The notes under the pieces: generated by a model
Database searches by the model: none
Seen by the model: only the letters and a program-made list of their open reading frames with translations
What the model was told of the DNA's origin: nothing
Shown here: piece after piece, positions 37,693 through 46,800 of the stretch
Layout of the letters: every line of letters starts with the position of its first letter
Position numbering within the stretch: position 1 is the first letter of the stretch
Translations under genes and position numbers: made by a program
Origin: an uncultured Acholeplasmatales bacterium
GTDB taxonomy: Bacteria > Bacillota_I > Bacilli_A > ML615J-28 > CAG-698
Direction of reading: 5' to 3'
NCBI GenBank assembly: GCA_937877075.1
Contig: CALEGD010000005.1
Coordinates: 1 to 62,654, forward strand
DNA length: 62,654 nt

Positions 37693-37743
37693 GGTTGACA
37701 TTAACCTTAATGTAATGTAAAATATTGATATACAAACGTTTAC
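37693..37743 (+). promoter_or_regulatory. promoter (TTGACA-17-TAAAAT) plus TACAAACGTTTAC operator; copy 1 of a duplicated 51-nt cassette
   Basis: TTGACA at 37695-37700, TAAAAT at 37718-37723, AAACGTTT-centred element at 37731-37743. It matches 54293-54343 at 48 of 51 positions. Confidence 0.65.
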
Positions 37744-37793
37744 TAAATTTTTCACTTACACAAAAACGTTATTTTTTTATAAAGAGGGGTATT

Positions 37794-38786
37794 ATGATTG
37801 CAAAAAGAAATGTTAGGCTAATTGATATTGCTAGAGAAGTAGGGTGTACAGTAAATACAGTATCACGTGCACTTCGTGATAAAAGAGATATTGGACATGA
37901 AACTAAAGTAAGAGTTAAGGAAGTGGCGGACAGATTAGGGTATATTCCTAATTCAATAGCAACCAGTTTAAGAAGTGGCTTATCCTATACAGTCGCGATT
38001 GTTTTTGATAATTTGATCAACCCATATTACATGATTATGACTGATAAAATTCATCGGCGACTGGATTCGCTTAATTATGCAACAATGGTTTTTGCTGCTT
38101 ATAATTATATGTTTAACATGGATTCACTTAATCCCATAATGTCCAGAAAAGTTGACGGTATTATTACATTCCTTGAACCCAGCTTGGAAGTAGTCGAGAC
38201 CTGTAAAAACAATAATATTCCCATTATTTTATTGGGAAGAAAAAATACACGTTTAGAGATTGATTCGGTTTCTACGGATGACTATGCCGGCGGATTTAAG
38301 GTTGGAGAATTATTTATTAAAAATGGGGTAAAAAATGTCGGTTATCTGGGTGCTCCACGCGAAATTGAATGTTCTGTAAGAAGACAAAACGGATTAAGGG
38401 ATGCATTTTTAAAATACAATCAACCATATCATGAAGAAAACATAAGATATATGGCCGAAAGAAGTATGTTTGAAGAAATAGATATATTACTAAAGAATCA
38501 CGTCGATGGTATTTTCTTCTTTAATGATTTAATGGCTTTTGAAGGTATGAAATACCTGAAGGAAAAAGAGTATAAAGTACCAAACAGAATTAAAGTTGTA
38601 GGTTACGATGATATAGCTCAAGAATTTCCTATTCCTGTTTCATTGACTACCGTCGCATCGGATAAAGATTTAATTGTTAATACTGCGGTTGATATCTTAT
38701 ATTATAAAATGCAGAATAAAGAGAAAAATTCTATTGTTAAAGCACTAGATATTGATGTGGAAGTTAAATTAGGATCTACCATATAA
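37794..38786 (+). CDS. LacI-family transcriptional regulator
   Basis: N-terminal HTH IDIAREVGCTVNTVSRALRD...V.EVADRLGY.PN..A..LR and a periplasmic-binding-protein-like sugar-binding core. ATG at 37794 follows AAAGAGGGG; the track start at 37725 lies inside the promoter. Confidence 0.85.
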   Translation: MIAKRNVRLIDIAREVGCTVNTVSRALRDKRDIGHETKVRVKEVADRLGYIPNSIATSLRSGLSYTVAIVFDNLINPYYMIMTDKIHRRLDSLNYATMVFAAYNYMFNMDSLNPIMSRKVDGIITFLEPSLEVVETCKNNNIPIILLGRKNTRLEIDSVSTDDYAGGFKVGELFIKNGVKNVGYLGAPREIECSVRRQNGLRDAFLKYNQPYHEENIRYMAERSMFEEIDILLKNHVDGIFFFNDLMAFEGMKYLKEKEYKVPNRIKVVGYDDIAQEFPIPVSLTTVASDKDLIVNTAVDILYYKMQNKEKNSIVKALDIDVEVKLGSTI

Positions 38787-38816
38787 AGATTAAAGATTCT
38801 AATTTTAAATAGTTAC

Positions 38817-38830
38817 CATTAACGTTAAAG
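38817..38830. promoter_or_regulatory. operator-like site CATTAACGTTAAAG (13/14 match to the 28771 palindrome)
   Basis: Located ~170 nt upstream of the 39002 gene. A second, weaker site CTTTAACGATAATG lies at 38881-38894. Confidence 0.5.
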
Positions 38831-39001
38831 CAAACAGATTAGTTGCTAATGTTCAAATGATTAGTAGCCTTAACTCTTAACTTTAACGATAATGCATATT
38901 TCTTTTAAATTTATGATTTGTCGATTTTTTAGAATTTAAATGATTGATGGAGAAAACAATGAAATATAAAATAAGCTTATAGGTACAAAAGGAGGAAAAC
39001 A

Positions 39002-42000
39002 ATGAAGAAAAAAATATTGTACTTAGTACTATTTATCCTACTCTTTGGTGTAGTTGGTTGTGATAAGACAGAACCACCGATTATTCCGAGTGACATTGAA
39101 GTTGCTTCTGTAGCAATCAACAAATCTAATGAAACCTTATATGTAGGAGGTAAAATTCAATTAAAAGTTAGTGTATTACCAAGTAATGCAACTAACAAAA
39201 CAGTGACATGGTCAACTAGTAATGAAGGAGTTGCCAAGGTCTCAAGTGACGGGTTAGTGGAAGCGGTTTCAGTAGGAACGGCTACTATCACTGCAAAATC
39301 AAATAATGATAAGACAGCAACTATGACTGTTGATGTCGTTAAGGATGAAGAACTGCCCGAGGGAGTAATCTTTGCTTCTAATTTTGATTCTGCTATCATG
39401 CCTAGAAACTTTGTTGTTAATAATGGTGGTGGCGGAAATACCTACATCAGTGATGGTCAGTTAAATATGTCTACAGTCGGACAAGGCACAACTTCAGCAA
39501 ACATCATTTTTGATGAAGCTTTGTACGGAACTGTTGTTGTAGAAACAAGTATTAAAGTAAATAAACCAGCTTTTACAAATGCTTTGTATTTTTATACAAG
39601 CGGAAACTCTACTGATGATATTGTTGCTACTGTTGCATTTGAAAACGGCTATATTAAATATCATGACGGTAGTGGTTGGAAGAACATAGTCCAATACAGT
39701 TTTGGTGTATGGTACGACCTTACTATGGTCTTACATATTGGCGAAAGACTAGAGGGAAGCGATAAAGGTAATTTTGACTTAACTATCAATGGTGGAACTT
39801 ATCGGAATTTGTCGTTCAGAAATGGTGGTGACGGCAAAGAAGACAATATTTGGAGACTTTACTTAGCCTCAGAAAAATCAGATTCAGAGTTTGCCTATGA
39901 TTATTTAAGAATTTTCCAAATTGATCTTCCGAAGATTCAACTTGAAAGTAATGAAGGAACTGCGGATATTGATAGCAATCCAACTTACGAGTTTAATTAT
40001 GTTGTTACCGGGATTCCAACTCCAGAAGTAACAATAACCGCCGACAAACCGACAGGATATACCATCGCGGACAATGTGGTAACCTTTACAGCTGCAGGAA
40101 CTTATGTATTTACACTTACTGCAACTAATCAAGGAGGAAAAACATCAGAAGAGGTAGTTATTGAGGTTACTGGCAATATTGTAGCACCGCTGATAGAGGT
40201 TCTTGAGAGAGAAAAAATATTAATCTTAAGCCAAGAAAACATCTACAGATTAAAATATAATATTATTTCTGGTGAACCTGAACCAACCATAAATATTTCC
40301 GGAGATAAAGATAACGGCTTTGTATTAAATGAAAATGAAATTTCCTTTACCATAGCAGGACATTATGTATTTACTATAACTGCAACTAATGCAGGCGGCT
40401 CAGTAAGTGAAGATGTAAATATTTTAGTTTTGGAAACTGAAACTGTAGTGGATTATGATTTTAATGAAATGCCTGTGAATGCAGAAATAGATACTTCCGG
40501 AACTGGAAGCGTCGATATCGTTGACGGAAGTTTAAATATAAAAGCTAACGGCGTAACTAATTATGGTTTTATTAAATTACCATTTAATCATAAATTAGAA
40601 AATAAAGTAATTATTGAAACCAGAGTTAAAGTCAGTGGACCCGCCTTTGCAAACATTATTTATTTAATGGCAAACAATAACAACAATGATAGGGCGGTAA
40701 CTATTGGTTTGTTTGAAGGAAATTTAAGAATTCATAATGAAAGTACTTGGGTTGACATTGCGCCTGTAGAATATGGTCAATATTATGATATTGTTGTATT
40801 TCTTGATATTGAGAATGCTACTTACCAATTATTGTTAGATAACGTTAATCTTGGAACTTTTCCGTTTAGAAATAAACAATTTAAGGATGATATTACTCAT
40901 TTCCATTTGGGTGCGGATAAAACTGGCACGGATATGTATATTGATTACTTAAAGCTAAGTTATCTCACAACTCCTGAAATTGTTTTAAACGAAGCTGAAA
41001 CAATGATTGAACTTAGCGAAAATACCATCTATGAGTTAGATTATTCCGTAAAAAGTTCATATCCTCTTGCTTCAGTTGATATCACTGGGTATCCTGTTGA
41101 GGGATATACAATCGAAAACGACGTAGTAACCTTTAATAGAGCGGGAGTATATACCTTTACAATCACCGCAAGTAATATTGGAGGCAGTGATTCAAAAACT
41201 GTAACTATTACAGTTGTTGGTCTTGATGCTGCTCCGACACTTACAATTAACGAAGAAGAAATTACTTATGATATAAATAGTCTTGAACCTTTAGTTTTAG
41301 GTTATACGGTTACCGGATACCCAGATCCGACGATTGAAATTGCAGCTAATTTGGAAACCGGATTCATTTTAGTCGGAAACACTGTTACATTTACAGAGGT
41401 TGGAACCTATGTGTTTACAATCACCGCAAAAAATGAATCAGGGACTGTCTTTGATACAATTACCGTAGTAGTTGAAAAACCTGAGACTTTACCTGAAATT
41501 ATTATAGATGAAGTATTTAATCATGATTTAACTGAAGGTGCATTTGAAGTAGATTTCCTCTTAGGCGGAAATCCCGCCCCAACATACACTATTACTAGTG
41601 AATCTGATGCTTTAATCGAAGATAAATTTATTACCTTTAGTACACCGGGAACTTACTTATTTACCATCATCACCACGAACTCTGAAGGTAGTGTAAGCAA
41701 AGATTTCACGGTAGAAGTTGTGGAACTTTATGCACCAGAAATTGTAGTAAATGAAGAGTATAAAGAAGTTAATTTAGCTGTTTCGCCTTCATATACTTTA
41801 GATTACTTAGTAAATGGTACTCCTGAAATCAAGACTGTTATTACCGTAGACCAAGAAACTGGCTTTAGTCTGAAAGGTAATAATGTAGGTTTTACACTTC
41901 CTGGAACCTATGAATTTACTATTACATCAACTAACCTTAAGGGCGAGGATAAAAGATTTATTATTGTAGATGTGGTGGAACCTACAAACGGAAATTATAT

Positions 42001-43840
42001 ATATAATAATGATTTCAATGAAGTTCCGACAGAAGGCCTGACCTTCACAAATGGAGCTTATGCGGAAGTTGTTGACGGAGCTTTAAAACTCTCCACCACG
42101 AACCAAGGTGTAGCGAAAATGGCGATTCCTTTCGGAGATTATTTCACCGGAACTATTGCAATAAAAACAAGGATTAAAACAGTTGGTGGTGCAGGAAATA
42201 TTATCTTCTTATATTCCGGAACAACTAATGTCCTAGGGTTGTTAATTGACGGATATCAACTTAGATATCATAACGGAAAAGGCTGGACTAATGTTGGCTT
42301 TGTTTTCCAAGCCGACCAATGGGTGGAAGTTATGGCTGTTGTTACCCTAGGTAGCGGTGTTTTTGATTTATATGTAGATGGTCATAAATTTGCAGCTTTG
42401 TCGCTAAGAAATACCGGTCAAGTAGAATTCACAACTAACCAAATCAGTAATCTTGGAATTGATGGCAGAAGTAATATTGATATGTATTATGACAATTACC
42501 AAATTTATGATTTAAATCCCGTTATTACAATTGAAGATGATTCCCTAGGAACCAGCTTAGAAGAACCGACCGTTTCTCTAGATTATCAAGTTTCTTCGAG
42601 ACTGGATACGGAAGTTGAAATCATCTCAAATATTGAAGAGGGTTATGAAATAACCGGTAATGAAATTACCTTCTCAAAAGCAGGTACTTATGTATTCACT
42701 ATTAAGGCAAGCAATGAATGCGGTTCGTCATTAAAAAATGTAACGATTGTCGTTTCCGAATCTTATATTGATCCAGAAATAGTTATTATTGAAACTGAAG
42801 CTGAAGTAGATTTAGCGGGAGCAAACCCCACTTATACATTAAAATATGAATTAAATATTGCCGTTCCGACAGCGAATCTTGAAGTAACTTGCGATGAAGA
42901 GGATGGTTTTGTCTTAAACGGAAATACAGTTAGATTTAGTCTTCCTGGCACTTATACATTTACACTGAATTATTCTAACGGTCGTGCTACCGATTATAAG
43001 ACTATTACGGTAAATGTTTTAGAATCTGAGGTTGAAGAATTTATTAATGAAGATTTCAATTCCTCTACCGATATCCCAGCTGATTTTGAAAAAATTCAAT
43101 CAGGCTCCGGAAATATTGAAATTCTTAGCGGTCTTGAAGGGGCTTTTGGAAATGTCTTAAATCTCCGCACCGGTACAACAACCGGGAAAGTTGATGTCAA
43201 TAAATATTTTGATTCACCTCTCAACGGTATTGTTGTTGTGAAGACAAGAGTAATGGTCGGAAGTGATGCCTTTAGTAATGTTTTATTCTTCAAATCAGCT
43301 GATAATTCAACTGTCGCATGTATCGCCTTTGAAAATGGATTTATCAGATATCATGCCGGCGGAGGCTGGATTAATACTAATGTCCCTTATATTCATCATA
43401 CTTGGTATGAATTAAAAGTTGTATTGAATACTATAGAAGCGAAATATGATTTCTTTGTAAATAATGAATATATAGGTAACTTTGGTTTTAGAACACCGGG
43501 TCAAAGGGATAATATTACTTATCTAAATCTGGCATCTGATAAAACTAATGCCGATATGTATTATGATTACTTAGAAATGTATTATGTTCCTGAAATTCTT
43601 GTTCTTGAGGAAAACAAGGAAGCAAGTATCAGTATTTCCAGCGGAACATATGAATTGATTTTTGACGTTTTAGGATTGGTTGATCCGATAGTTATTACCT
43701 GTGATCAAACTAATGGCTGGACTTTGGATAATAAGACAGTAACATTTACAGAGGTTGGAACTTATCTCTTTACAATTTCTGCTTCCAACAATGGCGTGCT
43801 TACTAGTTCTAAAACAATAACAATATTGGTAACTGACTGA
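39002..43840 (+). CDS. 1612-aa non-catalytic surface lipoprotein: Big_2 domain, four LamG/ConA-like modules, nine Ig-like repeats
   Basis: RBS AAAGGAGGA. Lipobox VVGC. Big_2 pattern (L.VSVLPSNATNKTVTWSTSNEGVAKVSSDGLV.AVSVGTATITA). Four ~180-aa modules carry FENG(Y/F)I(K/R)YH.G.GW. Nine ~85-aa repeats end G(T/V)Y.FT(I/L)TA(S/T)N.GG....V.I.V. Confidence 0.7.
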   Translation: MKKKILYLVLFILLFGVVGCDKTEPPIIPSDIEVASVAINKSNETLYVGGKIQLKVSVLPSNATNKTVTWSTSNEGVAKVSSDGLVEAVSVGTATITAKSNNDKTATMTVDVVKDEELPEGVIFASNFDSAIMPRNFVVNNGGGGNTYISDGQLNMSTVGQGTTSANIIFDEALYGTVVVETSIKVNKPAFTNALYFYTSGNSTDDIVATVAFENGYIKYHDGSGWKNIVQYSFGVWYDLTMVLHIGERLEGSDKGNFDLTINGGTYRNLSFRNGGDGKEDNIWRLYLASEKSDSEFAYDYLRIFQIDLPKIQLESNEGTADIDSNPTYEFNYVVTGIPTPEVTITADKPTGYTIADNVVTFTAAGTYVFTLTATNQGGKTSEEVVIEVTGNIVAPLIEVLEREKILILSQENIYRLKYNIISGEPEPTINISGDKDNGFVLNENEISFTIAGHYVFTITATNAGGSVSEDVNILVLETETVVDYDFNEMPVNAEIDTSGTGSVDIVDGSLNIKANGVTNYGFIKLPFNHKLENKVIIETRVKVSGPAFANIIYLMANNNNNDRAVTIGLFEGNLRIHNESTWVDIAPVEYGQYYDIVVFLDIENATYQLLLDNVNLGTFPFRNKQFKDDITHFHLGADKTGTDMYIDYLKLSYLTTPEIVLNEAETMIELSENTIYELDYSVKSSYPLASVDITGYPVEGYTIENDVVTFNRAGVYTFTITASNIGGSDSKTVTITVVGLDAAPTLTINEEEITYDINSLEPLVLGYTVTGYPDPTIEIAANLETGFILVGNTVTFTEVGTYVFTITAKNESGTVFDTITVVVEKPETLPEIIIDEVFNHDLTEGAFEVDFLLGGNPAPTYTITSESDALIEDKFITFSTPGTYLFTIITTNSEGSVSKDFTVEVVELYAPEIVVNEEYKEVNLAVSPSYTLDYLVNGTPEIKTVITVDQETGFSLKGNNVGFTLPGTYEFTITSTNLKGEDKRFIIVDVVEPTNGNYIYNNDFNEVPTEGLTFTNGAYAEVVDGALKLSTTNQGVAKMAIPFGDYFTGTIAIKTRIKTVGGAGNIIFLYSGTTNVLGLLIDGYQLRYHNGKGWTNVGFVFQADQWVEVMAVVTLGSGVFDLYVDGHKFAALSLRNTGQVEFTTNQISNLGIDGRSNIDMYYDNYQIYDLNPVITIEDDSLGTSLEEPTVSLDYQVSSRLDTEVEIISNIEEGYEITGNEITFSKAGTYVFTIKASNECGSSLKNVTIVVSESYIDPEIVIIETEAEVDLAGANPTYTLKYELNIAVPTANLEVTCDEEDGFVLNGNTVRFSLPGTYTFTLNYSNGRATDYKTITVNVLESEVEEFINEDFNSSTDIPADFEKIQSGSGNIEILSGLEGAFGNVLNLRTGTTTGKVDVNKYFDSPLNGIVVVKTRVMVGSDAFSNVLFFKSADNSTVACIAFENGFIRYHAGGGWINTNVPYIHHTWYELKVVLNTIEAKYDFFVNNEYIGNFGFRTPGQRDNITYLNLASDKTNADMYYDYLEMYYVPEILVLEENKEASISISSGTYELIFDVLGLVDPIVITCDQTNGWTLDNKTVTFTEVGTYLFTISASNNGVLTSSKTITILVTD

Positions 43841-43851
43841 ATATAGGAGAG

Positions 43852-46800
43852 ATGATGAAAGTTTTTAAGAAAATACTCGGCCTACTATTAGTGTTGTCTT
43901 TATCGCTCTTAGTTAGCGCCTGTTTTAACGGAAATAAATCTGAAGAGAATGAAATAGGATTTAGTCTGATTAATGAAGGCGAAGCAGTAAAAATACTCGT
44001 TGATGGAGAGAATGAAATTGGTTCAACATCGGGAGATTATCCCGGTGTTGTCCGAGCTGCTTCTGATCTTCAAGAAGATATTGAATCAGTAACAACAAAG
44101 AAACCAATTGTATTTAGTTCAAAAGAAGAACTTAGTAAAGATGAGTTTGTGATAATTATTGGTTCTCTGGAAAAAAGTAAAATTATTCAAGAATTAATAG
44201 AAAACAAGAAAATATCAGTAACTGATATTGAAGATAAATGGGAAACATATTCACATCAATTAATTGATGATCCCTTTAATGACGGTTCGGTTAAGACAGC
44301 GTTAGTAATTATCGGAAGCGATAAAAGAGGAACAATTTTCGGAACATATAAAGTTTCGAGTTTGATTGGTGTTTCCCCATGGGCATTTTGGGTAGATCAA
44401 GAACCTAATTTTCTCGAAAATTATTTTTTTGAAAAAGGATACTATCATTTCCAAGATGAACCGACAGTTCAATATCGCGGTATTTTTATCAATGATGAAG
44501 AGGAACTTGTACAATGGGGTTTAAATTATGACAATCAAACCAGAATGGGACCTAATGTATACGAAAAAATCTTCGAATTGTTATTAAGACTTAATGCCAA
44601 TTACATTTGGCCGGCGATGCATCAAATCACCGATGCTTTCAATGATTTTGAAGGCAATCGCATTATGGCTGATTATTACGGAATTGTTGTCGGAACTAGC
44701 CACCCTGATATGTTAATGCGTAACAACGATAATGAATGGGATAGTTTTGTTGCCAGATATAGGAAAGAAAACAATTACTTTGGACCGATTGAATATGACT
44801 ATACAGTTAGTCCAGAAATTATCCGTCAATATTGGCGTGAATGCGTAAGAATGTATAAGGATTATGAAGTTCAATGGACTCTCGGTATGAGAGGTAAGCA
44901 TGACGAGGGATTTACAGCTGTAAATATAGATTCCGCACCCTGGTATGGTGATGATGTTATGCTTCTCGAACAAATTATTGAAGATCAAAGACAAATCCTC
45001 AGAGAAGAATTAAATAATCCGACTTTAGAAGATGTTTTTATGGTTTTCATTCCTTATAAAGAAGTATTAAATATTTATAATAAGGGCTTGGAAGTACCTG
45101 ATGATGTTACAATTGTTTGGGTTGATGATAACCATGGTTTCATTCGCCGTTTATCTAATCCGAAAGAACGCGAAAGAAGCGGTGGCAGCGGAGTTTATTA
45201 CCATAATTCGTATTGGGGACCAGATGATGAAAGTTATTTATGGTTAAATTCTTTCCCGTTTACATTAATGTACGAAGAAATGAATAAGGCAATCAAGTAC
45301 AAAGCAGTAAAGAATTGGGTATTAAACGTCGGCGATATCAAACCCGGCGAATTATCGATGGATTTCTACTTATCCTATGCTTATGATGCTGATAAATATG
45401 ATTCAAGTAATGTTTATGATTTTATGGATGAATGGACAAGGCGTGAATTTGGAGAAGAATATATTGATGATCTAAAATCGATTGTTAAGAGATTCGGTAA
45501 TTATACAAATGTATCGAAGTTGGAACAAATAAAGGTGGATTTATTTACAAATACTCATTATTCGGATGAGTGGGAGAAACGAATGGCTAAGTATCAAATC
45601 CTTTTGGATGATGCTGAAACGCTCTTTGAAACCTTACCTACTCATAAAAAACCAGCTTATTATCAATATGTACTCTATCAAGTAAGACAAGCTTATTATC
45701 GAAATGCGGAATTCTATTATGCGGATAAAGCCGAAACCGCCTCGCTTTATGGAGCAAATGCAACTGCTCATAATAGTTTTGAGATGTCTAGATATTTCCA
45801 TGAATTGAGTCAATATGAGAATTCATATTATACCAATGTTCTCAGTGACGGAAAATGGAACGGTCTAATTGAACCCTATAGGTTTATGCCTCCGGTTGCT
45901 GCCGGACTTGCGGAAAGCGGAGCATATCTTGAAATTAAAAATGGTGGCGGCGTTATTGTTGAAGGCGAAAGTTTCCTGAAAGACAGTTATGAATTAAAGT
46001 TCTATAAATATTCCAAAGGAAGAAAGTTCATCGATGTCTTTAATTCCGGTATCCTGCCATTTGAATTTGAAGCAACTACAAATAGATCTTGGATTAAAAT
46101 CTCAGAAACAACCGGCGAAGTGGTTGACGAAACAAGATTATGGGTTGAAATTGATTGGGATAAGTCACCGGCCGGAGTAAGCACCGGCGAAGTTACGGTA
46201 AATTATCATTATGGAACTAAAAAAATAAAAATTATTATCAATAATGATAATATTGAACTTCCCGAAAAGACTTACTTAGAACAAGACGGTTATGTTTCAA
46301 TCGAACTTGAACATTACTCTGATGAAAGAAAAACTCCCAGTGCTTATTATGAAGTTATTAAAGACTTAGGACGAATCGAAGGAGATATGGTAAGAGGTGT
46401 TTCAGACTATCTAGTCGGATTCAGTGCTTTTGAATATCTTGAAAAGGCTCCTTATTTAGAATATAATGTTCACTTCTTATCCAAGGGAACTTTTGATGCG
46501 GAAGTATATAGGCTACCGACATTAGATGCAAAGGGGAAAATTAGGTTTGCTGTTCAGGTAGATAACCAAAAACCGATTATTCTTGAAGGAGTAAATGATT
46601 CTGGTGTAGGAAGTTTTGATTGGGAAGACGGAATCTTCCAACAAATATTTAAACATCAGTTTAGAATAAGTATCAATGAAGCCGGACTTCATAAAATCAA
46701 ACTTTATATGATAGATTCTTATCTGACCTTTGATAAAATGGTTTTTTATACCGAAGGTCATCCTGATTCATATTTAGGACCGGATGAAAGCTATAATTCA

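Noticed and set aside
38959-38982. A seven-codon upstream ORF (MKYKISL*) with a GGAGA RBS in the leader of the 39002 gene.
   Set aside because: It is too short to evaluate. I could see no attenuator or terminator structure for it to control, and such mini-ORFs arise easily by chance in A+T-rich DNA.
39930-43840. Repeated Ig-like and LamG-like modules as a possible diversity-generating retroelement target or phase-variable repeat array.
   Set aside because: There is no reverse transcriptase and no template-repeat/variable-repeat pair. The repeats are diverged at the DNA level, with no long identical tracts that would drive slippage or recombination.
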